From an uncultured Oscillospiraceae bacterium (GTDB taxonomy: Bacteria; Bacillota; Clostridia; Oscillospirales; Oscillospiraceae): 64,000 nt of DNA. Positions 43,756 through 52,300 of this stretch are shown here, piece by piece. Each line of letters starts with the position of its first letter. The first letter of the stretch is position 1. The position numbers were made by a program, and so were the translations under genes. The stretch is from assembly GCA_947626585.1 (NCBI GenBank), contig CANQSU010000001.1:11768-75767 (forward strand), given 5' to 3'. The notes beneath the pieces were generated by a model. That model was given only the letters and a program-made list of their open reading frames with translations, searched no databases and was not told where the DNA came from.

Positions 43756-46266
43756 ATGTCTGAGAATAGAAGCGGCACGAGATACCATGAGATGGACGCG
43801 GGGTGCATGACGGCGTTCCGCGATTTTTTGGGGCGGGCGAACGCCCTGCCCGGCGTCAGGGTCCACCTGACGGGCATTTACCGGCGGGCGTATAACGACG
43901 TCCAGAAGCAGGACGGGAAGGCCGGGACGCGGCTCGTACTGGAGTTCTCCGGGGCACCGTCCAACCAGACGTACTACACGTTCCACATGCCGGAGCTGCA
44001 CGGGAAGAACCAGTACGCCAAGTCACTGCACCTGGTCCCGGACGGCAGGAACGAACCGGTCGAGGCATTCACCGGCGTATCCGGCAAGGCCGCCCGGGGG
44101 AACGTCGCCCCGGTGAAGGACGGCAGGTCCGCTGCCGGCGTGAACTACGCCGTGGCCAGGGCCATGAACTCGATGGACTTCTCCGGTCTTTTCCGTGACG
44201 GGCGTGATGTCAGTACCGGATGGATGGAGGAGTCCCCCGGATATCAGCGCAAGGCGGACCTGGCCGTGGCCATGCGGGAGCGTGACGCGGACGAGGCCCT
44301 GGCGGATATCTTTGGGAAACTGTCGCGCGGCGAGGACATCCCGGGGTACCCCGGTTCCGGGACGGATCCCAAGTTCGTGTCCGCGGCGCTGAACATCCGG
44401 CATATGGGGGACGCCGAGACCGTGTCCGGTATGCCTGAGCTGCGGGAGGCCGAGAAGGCACGGTACCGGGAGATCGAGGGGATGCTGGGCCTTGACGATC
44501 TGTACGGCGTCCTTTCCGACATCAGCGCGGGGCTCTCCCGCCGGCCCATGGAGGCGCCGGACCTGGACGGGTATTTCTCCGACGGCGCACGCGGGCAGCG
44601 GGCCGCGCAGGGGCTTTCGAATTTATGCTTCCTGAAGCACGTGATGGACGACGGGGACTATGTCGTGCGCGACAGGCGCGGCTCCGTCGTGACGGCGGGC
44701 GTCCGGGAGGAGCCGGACAACCCGAGCCTGGACAAGTCCGGCATTTTCTACCGTGGCTGCATGGCGTCCGACGAGGCGGGCATCGACCGGGAGATCCAGA
44801 GGAGGAACGACGAGGGCCGTTCCGATGTCGTGCCGCTGTTCGCGTACCAGAAGCTGCGCCATGACGCCAGCCAGGACGTGGGGTTCGACCGGAGCAAGAT
44901 CGAGCGGCTCCGGGACTATGACCGCTACCGGCTGTTCCGCAGCGCGGCGCTGGGCGAGGACTTCGGGAAGCCGTCCGGGATGCCGCGGGTGACCGTCGGG
45001 TATTCCGGCGACTTGGACGGGCGCCTGACGACGGACAACCTGACGGCGACGCTGCCGGACGGGAACAGGGTCCCGCTGGCGGAGTATTTCACCAACCCGG
45101 CGTACGGGGTTGGGCCGCAGAGGGACCGCCTGTTCGGGAGCGGCCGGTTCCCGATGATCTCGTATGCCTTACAGAAAGAGCACGACGGTTTTTCCGGTGT
45201 GATGGCGAACGCCCTGAAACTTTTGGACCCGAAGAACAAGGCCGTGCCCATGGACTTGGCGGAGTTGGAGCTCGCCATCTTCACCGACCCGAAATTCGGG
45301 GCGGACTGGGCGAACAACATTGTCCGTGGCGCCACCGGCGGGCAGCGGACCATGGACGACGTGGAACACGAGTTTTACCGGAACAGGCTGCGCTCCCTGG
45401 ATGCCAGCGGCGGCAAGGAGTGCTTCCGGATCCTGGGGTACAGCCTGGAGACGGCTGTCGGCTACCCGAGCATCGGGACAGGGTGCACGAGGTTCGGGCG
45501 GTGCCAGGCGCATGACGCCGGGGTGGACGGCTGGAAGCCGCCCATCGTCGGCAGGCCGTCCCAGACGGCGAACGGATTCCGGCGGGCCGACGCCGAGCGG
45601 GCCCTGTATGACCAGGCGTTCCACGGAGAGACGTCCCCGTCCGCGAAGCTGTACAGCGACACGGTGGCCGCCATGTCCCGGGAGGCACTGGCCGCGTCCG
45701 ACGAGGACGGGGCGGTCCGCGGGTCGTCCAAGATGAACGACTTCATCGTGCTGTGCGAGTGCTATGGCGGGGACAGCGCGGAGCGGATCCAGGCGATCCG
45801 TGACGATGTGGAGAAGGCTTACGCCGGGTCCCGTGACGCGATGCTGTACCGGCCCAAGGACCGCGTAGAAGCCGAGTGCGTCGGCGCCGTGTTCGGACCG
45901 GACGTACCGCTTGAGGCGGCGGCGGTGCCCTACGGCAGCCAGAAGACGGACGACGGCTTCCTGTCCGTGCTTAAACATGGCATCGAGGCGCAGGGGCCGG
46001 ATGCCGCTGATAGATTAAAATCGAAGGTGCTTGGGTCCATGGCCGCAGCGGCCCTGCGGTCCGACACCCAGTCCGACCCGCGGTACGGCGGGCTCTCCAT
46101 GCGGGCGTATTCCGAATTGCCCGGGGAGGCGGAGAGTGTTATCACGCGGGCCCTGGCGAAGCCGGCGCCGACGGACCATGAGCTGCTCATGGGGCGGCTG
46201 GACCGCGCCGCGGCGGGCGTGTCCGGACAGGACGGCCCTGAGCATGTTGATGAACTTGGCAGCTGA
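43756..46266 (+). CDS. large hypothetical protein (836 aa) adjacent to the iteron field; candidate initiator by position only
   Basis: Track ORF 43627..46266 trimmed to MSENRSG behind AGGAGG. Protein-like composition. No motif recognised. Confidence 0.65.
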   Translation: MSENRSGTRYHEMDAGCMTAFRDFLGRANALPGVRVHLTGIYRRAYNDVQKQDGKAGTRLVLEFSGAPSNQTYYTFHMPELHGKNQYAKSLHLVPDGRNEPVEAFTGVSGKAARGNVAPVKDGRSAAGVNYAVARAMNSMDFSGLFRDGRDVSTGWMEESPGYQRKADLAVAMRERDADEALADIFGKLSRGEDIPGYPGSGTDPKFVSAALNIRHMGDAETVSGMPELREAEKARYREIEGMLGLDDLYGVLSDISAGLSRRPMEAPDLDGYFSDGARGQRAAQGLSNLCFLKHVMDDGDYVVRDRRGSVVTAGVREEPDNPSLDKSGIFYRGCMASDEAGIDREIQRRNDEGRSDVVPLFAYQKLRHDASQDVGFDRSKIERLRDYDRYRLFRSAALGEDFGKPSGMPRVTVGYSGDLDGRLTTDNLTATLPDGNRVPLAEYFTNPAYGVGPQRDRLFGSGRFPMISYALQKEHDGFSGVMANALKLLDPKNKAVPMDLAELELAIFTDPKFGADWANNIVRGATGGQRTMDDVEHEFYRNRLRSLDASGGKECFRILGYSLETAVGYPSIGTGCTRFGRCQAHDAGVDGWKPPIVGRPSQTANGFRRADAERALYDQAFHGETSPSAKLYSDTVAAMSREALAASDEDGAVRGSSKMNDFIVLCECYGGDSAERIQAIRDDVEKAYAGSRDAMLYRPKDRVEAECVGAVFGPDVPLEAAAVPYGSQKTDDGFLSVLKHGIEAQGPDAADRLKSKVLGSMAAAALRSDTQSDPRYGGLSMRAYSELPGEAESVITRALAKPAPTDHELLMGRLDRAAAGVSGQDGPEHVDELGS

Positions 46267-46288
46267 TGTTGGATATATGCCGTTCCTT

Positions 46289-46324
46289 CCGTCCCGGAGG
46301 TTTCTCCGGGGCGGATTTTTTTTT
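46289..46324 (+). terminator. rho-independent terminator
   Basis: CCGTCCCGGAG-gttt-CTCCGGGGCGG followed by A and nine T. Confidence 0.75.
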
Positions 46325-46345
46325 CTATTATTTTTAATATTTATA

Positions 46346-46374
46346 TTGATTTTTGTTCGTCTTGGTGGTATGAT
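46346..46374 (+). promoter_or_regulatory. promoter candidate for the partition-gene operon
   Basis: TTGATT, a 17-nt spacer, then TATGAT. Confidence 0.55.
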
Positions 46375-46431
46375 GGTAGAAAAGCGGCGGGCATGCCTGC
46401 CGGTTTGTATTGGAGGAAGGAGGCCTGCGAC

Positions 46432-46854
46432 ATGAAATGCCCCATGTGCGGCGACGAGATCGTGAACGGGCGGTGCCGGTTCTGCGGCTACGTGCCTACG
46501 AAGGAGGACATGGACGCCATCGCGAAATGGGAGCTGCAGAAGTCCCAGATCAAGCGGGAGGCCGGTCCTGTCGACTTCACGCCGAAGCGTAAGAAGCCGA
46601 AGGCATCCGGTACGAAGACCGTGACGGTCAGGCGTTTTGAAAAGGCGGAACATGCGCCAGCTAAATTCATGGACAGCAAGAACGCCGCCAAGTTTTTTGA
46701 GCCGGAGCCGGCGCCGGACCGCGCCAGGAAGCCCGTGAAGGAGAAGAAGGCGCTTGGGATCATGAAGATCGTGATCCTGGTTTACGTGATCGGGTTCCTG
46801 GTCTCGTTCTTCGGGGCACTGGCCAAGATCCTGGCCATGCTGTCAGTCGGCTGA
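46432..46854 (+). CDS. zinc-ribbon protein with C-terminal TM helix
   Basis: Track ORF 46393..46854 trimmed to MKCPMCG behind GGAGGAAGGAGG. CPMCG...CRFCG, Lys-rich middle, TM helix IVILVYVIGFLVSFFGAL. Confidence 0.6.
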   Translation: MKCPMCGDEIVNGRCRFCGYVPTKEDMDAIAKWELQKSQIKREAGPVDFTPKRKKPKASGTKTVTVRRFEKAEHAPAKFMDSKNAAKFFEPEPAPDRARKPVKEKKALGIMKIVILVYVIGFLVSFFGALAKILAMLSVG

Positions 46855-46886
46855 ACAAAATTTTTGAAGATTGGAGGGAATCACAA

Positions 46887-47114
46887 ATGAGCGAGCCGGT
46901 GAAACGGGTGAAAGGGCGGCCCAGCGGCCAGACGAAGGTCGGCCGGACTATCTCCTGCTACATCAGGAGCGACATCTATGACGCCCTTGTCAGACACTGT
47001 GAGCGGACCGGGCAGACGAAGACCATGGCCATCGAACGGGCGATCGAGAAGATGACCAGGGAAAACGGCGCCTGGTTTCCTGACAAAGAGGACGGAGGTG
47101 AGACTGCCACATGA
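46887..47114 (+). CDS. ribbon-helix-helix (CopG/ParR-like) DNA-binding protein
   Basis: 75 aa. TISCYIRSDIYDALVRHCERTGQTKTMAIERAIEKM fits a beta-strand, helix, helix RHH layout. Confidence 0.65.
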   Translation: MSEPVKRVKGRPSGQTKVGRTISCYIRSDIYDALVRHCERTGQTKTMAIERAIEKMTRENGAWFPDKEDGGETAT

Positions 47115-47926
47115 TGCGATCCGTCCACATTTTCTTTTCCGAGGACGACGATGTCGTCAAGCAGTTCCTGGAGAGCCAGTCCAACAAGTCCCGCTCGATC
47201 CGCATGTTGATCCAGGGGTTCGTTGCGAACACTCGGGGGCTGCAGAGCATGGACGGCAGGGAGATCCAGGACGTCACCAAGATGGACCTGCTGGCGCTTC
47301 TGGACAGCACGGACAACCTGCCGGAGCTCGGCGAGGCGGCCAGGCGGGAGCTGGAACGGCTCTCGTCCACGGGCGAGCGGCGCCGCGGGGTCATGGAGAA
47401 GGGCCGCGAGAAGCTGCAGGAGGTCCGGAACCAGCCCAAGGAGGACGTCGTCACGATCCCTGATGACGACGCTGAGCCGGAACGGCCTGCACAGGACGTT
47501 GTGACCGTGCCTGACGAGGAGCCGGAGGCCGTTCTTGACGAGGGGCCTGCGGCTGCCGTGGAGGCGTCTGCCCGTGATGAGGGGCCTGAAGATATCCCGG
47601 ATGTCGTGCGGGACGAGGGGCCCACGGATGACGGCGGCGAGAAGGACGACATGCCCGACGTGATCGCCGACAGCGCCCACAAGCCGGTGGTCCAGAGGCG
47701 CCGGGAAGAAGTCCAGGGCGGCGGCGTGTCCTCGTTCTTCGACGACGTAGAGCCGGCGGGCCGGGGGTCGTTCGGCGCGGCGGCGACTCCGCAGAGTGTT
47801 AACGAGGTGAACCGCAGGGCCAAGGAAGTCGACGATAAGGCCGCGTATAACCGCGAGTTCGACGGCGAGACCGTCGATACCAGCGGCATGAGCGAGGAGG
47901 ACCTCAAGGCAGCGCTGGGTCTGTGA
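47111..47926 (+). CDS. RHH-like N-terminus with long acidic tail; candidate ParR-type adaptor
   Basis: SVHIFFSEDDDVVKQFLESQSNKSRSIRMLIQGFV (RHH-like), then Asp/Glu/Pro-rich repeats (DVVTIPDDD, DVVTVPDEE). Lies immediately upstream of the actin-like ATPase. Confidence 0.5.
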   Translation: MMRSVHIFFSEDDDVVKQFLESQSNKSRSIRMLIQGFVANTRGLQSMDGREIQDVTKMDLLALLDSTDNLPELGEAARRELERLSSTGERRRGVMEKGREKLQEVRNQPKEDVVTIPDDDAEPERPAQDVVTVPDEEPEAVLDEGPAAAVEASARDEGPEDIPDVVRDEGPTDDGGEKDDMPDVIADSAHKPVVQRRREEVQGGGVSSFFDDVEPAGRGSFGAAATPQSVNEVNRRAKEVDDKAAYNREFDGETVDTSGMSEEDLKAALGL

Positions 47927-47997
47927 CCGGAACCACGGAAACCAGCGTGTCGATACCATGAAAATGTCTGAAAATATTTCAAGGAGGAAAGCGAACC

Positions 47998-49254
47998 ATG
48001 ATCAATGCCGGCATTGACGTCGGGAACGGGTATGTGAAGGCCCTGGTCAAGAACCCCGACATGGACAAGAAGGCGCAGGCGGTCGACATCCCCAGCGCCA
48101 CGTCCACGATCTCTTCCCGGGAGGCCAAGATCGAGGCCAAGGACGAGATCAAGATCAAGAACTTTTTCAACGACATCTACAACCTGATGGAGGTGTCCTT
48201 CGACTCCCCGATGATCACGGAGACGGACCACGCCTACATCGGCCTGCGGGCCGTGCGGTCCGCCAACCCGACGGAGGAGTTCAACCTGCGGGAGGGGCAC
48301 CGTTCCAAGTCCGAGACGGAGCTGTCCGCGAAGCTGATGCTGTCTGTGTTGGCCGGCAAGGCCCTGTCGGACTACTGGGCCAAGAACAAGAAGCTGCCCG
48401 GGGAGGGTGAGACGATCCCCGCCAAGGTGCGGCTGGCGTTCTCCCTGCCGATCTCCGAGTACGTCGAGAAGCGCGACACCGCCATCCAGAACTACACGTC
48501 TTCGCCGCACATCGTGCACATCCACAATTTCGACCGGGTGGTCACGGTAAAAGTTGACGTCGTGTCAGCCCGTGTGATGCCGGAGGGCGCCAGCGCCCAG
48601 TTCGCCATCGCCGCGAAGGGCGAGAAGTTCATCGAGGCGATGATCAAGGACATGTACAGCAATGGGCTGTCGCTGCCGGAGGGGATCACCGCCGCCGATA
48701 TCGCAAGTGCCCAGGGCATCATCGGGATCGACATCGGCGAGGGCACGGTGAACTTCCCGATCTACCAGGACCTGATGTTCAACGCCGACACGTCCCAGAC
48801 GCTGAATAAGGGCTACGGGCACGTCCTGGACGCCGCCGTGGCCAATTTGGAGTCGAAAGGTCAGCCGTATCATAACAGGAAGCAGCTGGCGGACGCCCTG
48901 GAGAACGCCAAGGTGAAGCCCCTGCTGCGCGCCCGTGCGAGGCCCGCGTTCGAGGCGGTCAACGACGAGATCGGGATCTTCGTCAAGGACGTGGCCAAGA
49001 AGTGCCGCGACGTGCTGAACATCGCAGGCGGCCTGGCCGAGGTCATCTACGTGTACGGCGGCGGGGCGACGCCTGTAAAGGACAAGCTGTACCCGGCCCT
49101 GATCGACGCGGTGAAGACCGTGTTCGGCGAGGACGGCGCGAGCTTCCCGATCCTGTACCTGGATTCCCGTTACTCCAGGTGGCTGAACCGCGACGGCCTG
49201 TACCTGCTGTGCGACGATGGGCCGAGGAGCGCGGAAGACCTGACCAACGTGTGA
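47998..49254 (+). CDS. ParM/Alp-family actin-like segregation ATPase
   Basis: Actin-fold motifs GIDVGNGYVK (phosphate 1), GIDIGEGTVNF (phosphate 2) and VYVYGGGA (adenosine). Confidence 0.85.
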   Translation: MINAGIDVGNGYVKALVKNPDMDKKAQAVDIPSATSTISSREAKIEAKDEIKIKNFFNDIYNLMEVSFDSPMITETDHAYIGLRAVRSANPTEEFNLREGHRSKSETELSAKLMLSVLAGKALSDYWAKNKKLPGEGETIPAKVRLAFSLPISEYVEKRDTAIQNYTSSPHIVHIHNFDRVVTVKVDVVSARVMPEGASAQFAIAAKGEKFIEAMIKDMYSNGLSLPEGITAADIASAQGIIGIDIGEGTVNFPIYQDLMFNADTSQTLNKGYGHVLDAAVANLESKGQPYHNRKQLADALENAKVKPLLRARARPAFEAVNDEIGIFVKDVAKKCRDVLNIAGGLAEVIYVYGGGATPVKDKLYPALIDAVKTVFGEDGASFPILYLDSRYSRWLNRDGLYLLCDDGPRSAEDLTNV

Positions 49255-49261
49255 TTTGGCG

Positions 49262-49290
49262 TTGACAGGACGCGCCTGACGGGCTATAAT
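49262..49290 (+). promoter_or_regulatory. perfect consensus promoter for the adhesin gene
   Basis: TTGACA (49262-49267), a 17-nt spacer, then TATAAT (49285-49290). Confidence 0.7.
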
Positions 49291-49358
49291 CAGGTTACGG
49301 CCGCTTGCGGCCAGCAGATATAACCAAAAAATCTTTAAGAGCAAAGGAGATTACCAGT

Positions 49359-52300
49359 ATGCATGCAAAGCAAGTTTTGAAGCGGGGCCTATCCAGGCTC
49401 TTGGTTCTGGCGATGGCATTTTCCATGCTTTCCGGCACGCTGCCGCTTACATCCGTGACGGCGGAGGCGGCGGAGGAAAGCCCGTTGAAGCCGGAAGGCA
49501 AGCACCTGTACATCCAGATGCTGGACAGCGACGTGTACGGCGCTGACAAGGACGAAATGACGACCCAGACTCCGCAGGATCGTGGTGCCGGCTGGGCTTC
49601 CAAGGTCTGGGGCAGCACGTCGATCACCCATTTCCTGAGTGCGCCTGAGGGCCTGGCGACTATGGACGTGCGGCACTTCATCGTCTATGATCTTGGCGAG
49701 AAGGACAAGAGCACGAATTTCAATGGCAATATCGGTGAGCTTTTGAAAGAGAAAAGTGCTGACGGTTCCTATGGCACGAAGGATGCGTTCAAGGAGAACG
49801 ATTGCTATGGGACGGATGGCACTCAGACGTACATTAAGATCGCTTGCCTTGCCGGGGTGGCAGGGCATGAGGGCCATCTTTCCAAATTGAAGGCGTCCAA
49901 GTTCGAGGTTGATGGTACGCCTGTGGTGTCGACTGTCAACGGTATTACCCGGATCTACATGGACATCGACCTGAGTGAGTGGAATAAGCTGCAGTCGGAC
50001 CATTTTTACGTGATCGTCGAGGACTATGACAAGGAGCCCGGCTACGGGTACCTGAAGAATACTGCTGCCGGGACGGACATGTCTGCCGCTGACGAGCGCG
50101 GCTGGCAGATGATATTTAAGTGGCATGCATCGAGCGGTAATGCAGATGACCAGTATATCATTTGTAACGTCAAGAGTAACGGCCTGTGGCAGAGCTATGA
50201 TAAAGGTGGCTCTGAGGCCAAGAACGAGGCCGTTGGTACGGGCAATCAGCCGTTACATAATGAGCCTGCTCGCGGCGGGTTCACGTTCAACGTGAAGGAC
50301 CTTGAGGCGGCGCAGTACGGCGATACATATGACGGCATGAGCCAGGGCATCGGCGACCTGGACGGGGCCGTGTTCGCCGTGTTCAACATCAACCCGAATG
50401 CCCCCAGCGCCGAGGCCATGAAGAATGGTGACGTGACCGGCTACGTCGTCGTCGATGAGGATGGCCAGAACGGTATTGACGACGAGGAAGACCAGATATT
50501 TTACCCGGCGTATACGTATGACACCGTGATCCAGGCCTACACGGATTACTTGAACGCGTGCATGGAGGCCGACAAGATCCAGACCGGCCCTACCGGCCAG
50601 GATAAGAGCATTGCCTACAACGGCGTTTACGGCCTTGAGCCGGACACGCTTGGCATTACCGGCACCAAGGATTATTTCGTGCTCGGTTCCGCGGAGAACC
50701 CGATCGTGCCGTGCATGGTGCTGGGCACCAAGGACGGCGTCGTTACCACCGGTTCCCGCGCGCTGCCCGTCGGTAATTACCTTGTCCTGCAGGTGAAATC
50801 AGGCGCTGGTTATTACATCGACGAGAATTTCCGTCCCATCGTCACGATCGGCGAGTTTGGCGCTGACGGTGACAGTGTTTACGGTTACGGCAACGCTTAT
50901 CCTACGAGCATGAAGTCGTCCAATTTTGATCAGTTCCAGAAAGGCGCGTCCGGACATGGGTTCGTGAAGACGGATTCCCCCGTGTTCTATATGCCGGCGC
51001 AGCATACCGGCAGCGAGATCGTGCTTGGCGACATGACCAAGTTGAGTTTCGTCGTGAACAACGGCTCCATTACGACCGGGCAGTCTGGCCTGAACACGAT
51101 GACGAACGGCGTGGCCGACAAGTATGTCGACGCCGGTTCCGATCATTACGCTGCTTATCCCAATGACGGCAAGTACGTGATCCAAACCAGCGGCGGCGAG
51201 GCCGTGTCCAGTGGCAAGAACCGGTTCGACCAGTGGGCGTCCGGATCCGACAATACGAGTGTTGGGTTCCGCCGCGTTCCGAAGCTGGGTTACAGCCGGC
51301 TGACCGCATGGCAGGCGCCGATGCGTGCGGGCATCATGCTGATGCTTGGCGATGCGAATGATTTGAGGCTGAATACAGGCGACGCGAATTATGTCGGCGA
51401 GCCCCAGGGCGATGGCGATTTCCTGGGCACCGTGTTCCGCGTGCGGCCGTACAATGTGGACGAGTGGTACAAAGGCGGCGGTAAGGCCAAGGTTGAGAAT
51501 TTGCTCAAGAACCAGGTTGTGACGAACACTTGGGACAGCGGTAGCAAGCACTTCGCGCTGTTTGGCAGCCAGAATATGACTCAGAAGGGCATTACCTACG
51601 ATTATGATGACACAATCTATGGTGAGTACAAGGCCCAGGTCGACTCTAAGGGCCAGTATTTCGTGAACATCCCTGTTGATGAGCTTCCGTACGGCATTTA
51701 CCAGATCACCCAGGTCGTGACCGGCGAGGGTTATGGTAATGATGGTGCCGGTGGTGCCGCAGACTATGATGACTGGACCGCGATGCACTATGAGGAAGTG
51801 ACTGTGACAGCCTTGTTTGTGTATGAGGAGAACCATATCAGCGCGAACTATGGTTCTGATACGATCACTGGGAAGAGCGGTAATGAAGAGAAAACGAAAG
51901 TCCGCGAGCCGTACCAGCGCGGCACGGTGCAGTACCTGCCCCAGACGCTGGTCCGCGGCGGCATGCTGTTCACCGCGGAGCCCGGCGAGACGGTCGAGGA
52001 TCCCAGCAAGGTCGAGCTGGAGATCACCGTGTACAACGTTTCCAAGCATTACGTGTACGTCGACCAGGACAAGAAGGGCGAGGACGGCAAGGTTGCCGAC
52101 GGCGCCCAGTCCGAGCTGACGATCAAAGACAAGATCCCGACGGCGAACACCGTCTGGAACAACCGGATCATGAAGGACGCCATGGCGGCGAGGACCGTGA
52201 CTGACCTGAACAAGGTCCTGAGCGACTCCACGTTCGCGAAGTCCAAGGTCTACACCACCGGGCACGTCACCCTTGGCGACCTGCAGGGCGGCATCATGGC

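Noticed and set aside
30926-46362. GTTCGT hexamer as a global operator motif (also seen near 21888, 30926, 40976, 43038 and 46356)
   Set aside because: A 6-mer is expected by chance about 30 times on both strands of 64 kb. Only the four-copy cluster at 31861-31900 stands out locally.
46976-48525. Minus-strand ORFs 46976..47959 (327 aa) and 46990..48525 (511 aa)
   Set aside because: They lie antisense to the RHH/ParM-like operon. They are Arg/Pro/Ser/Gly-rich with no RBS, and the plus-strand frames have clear motifs.
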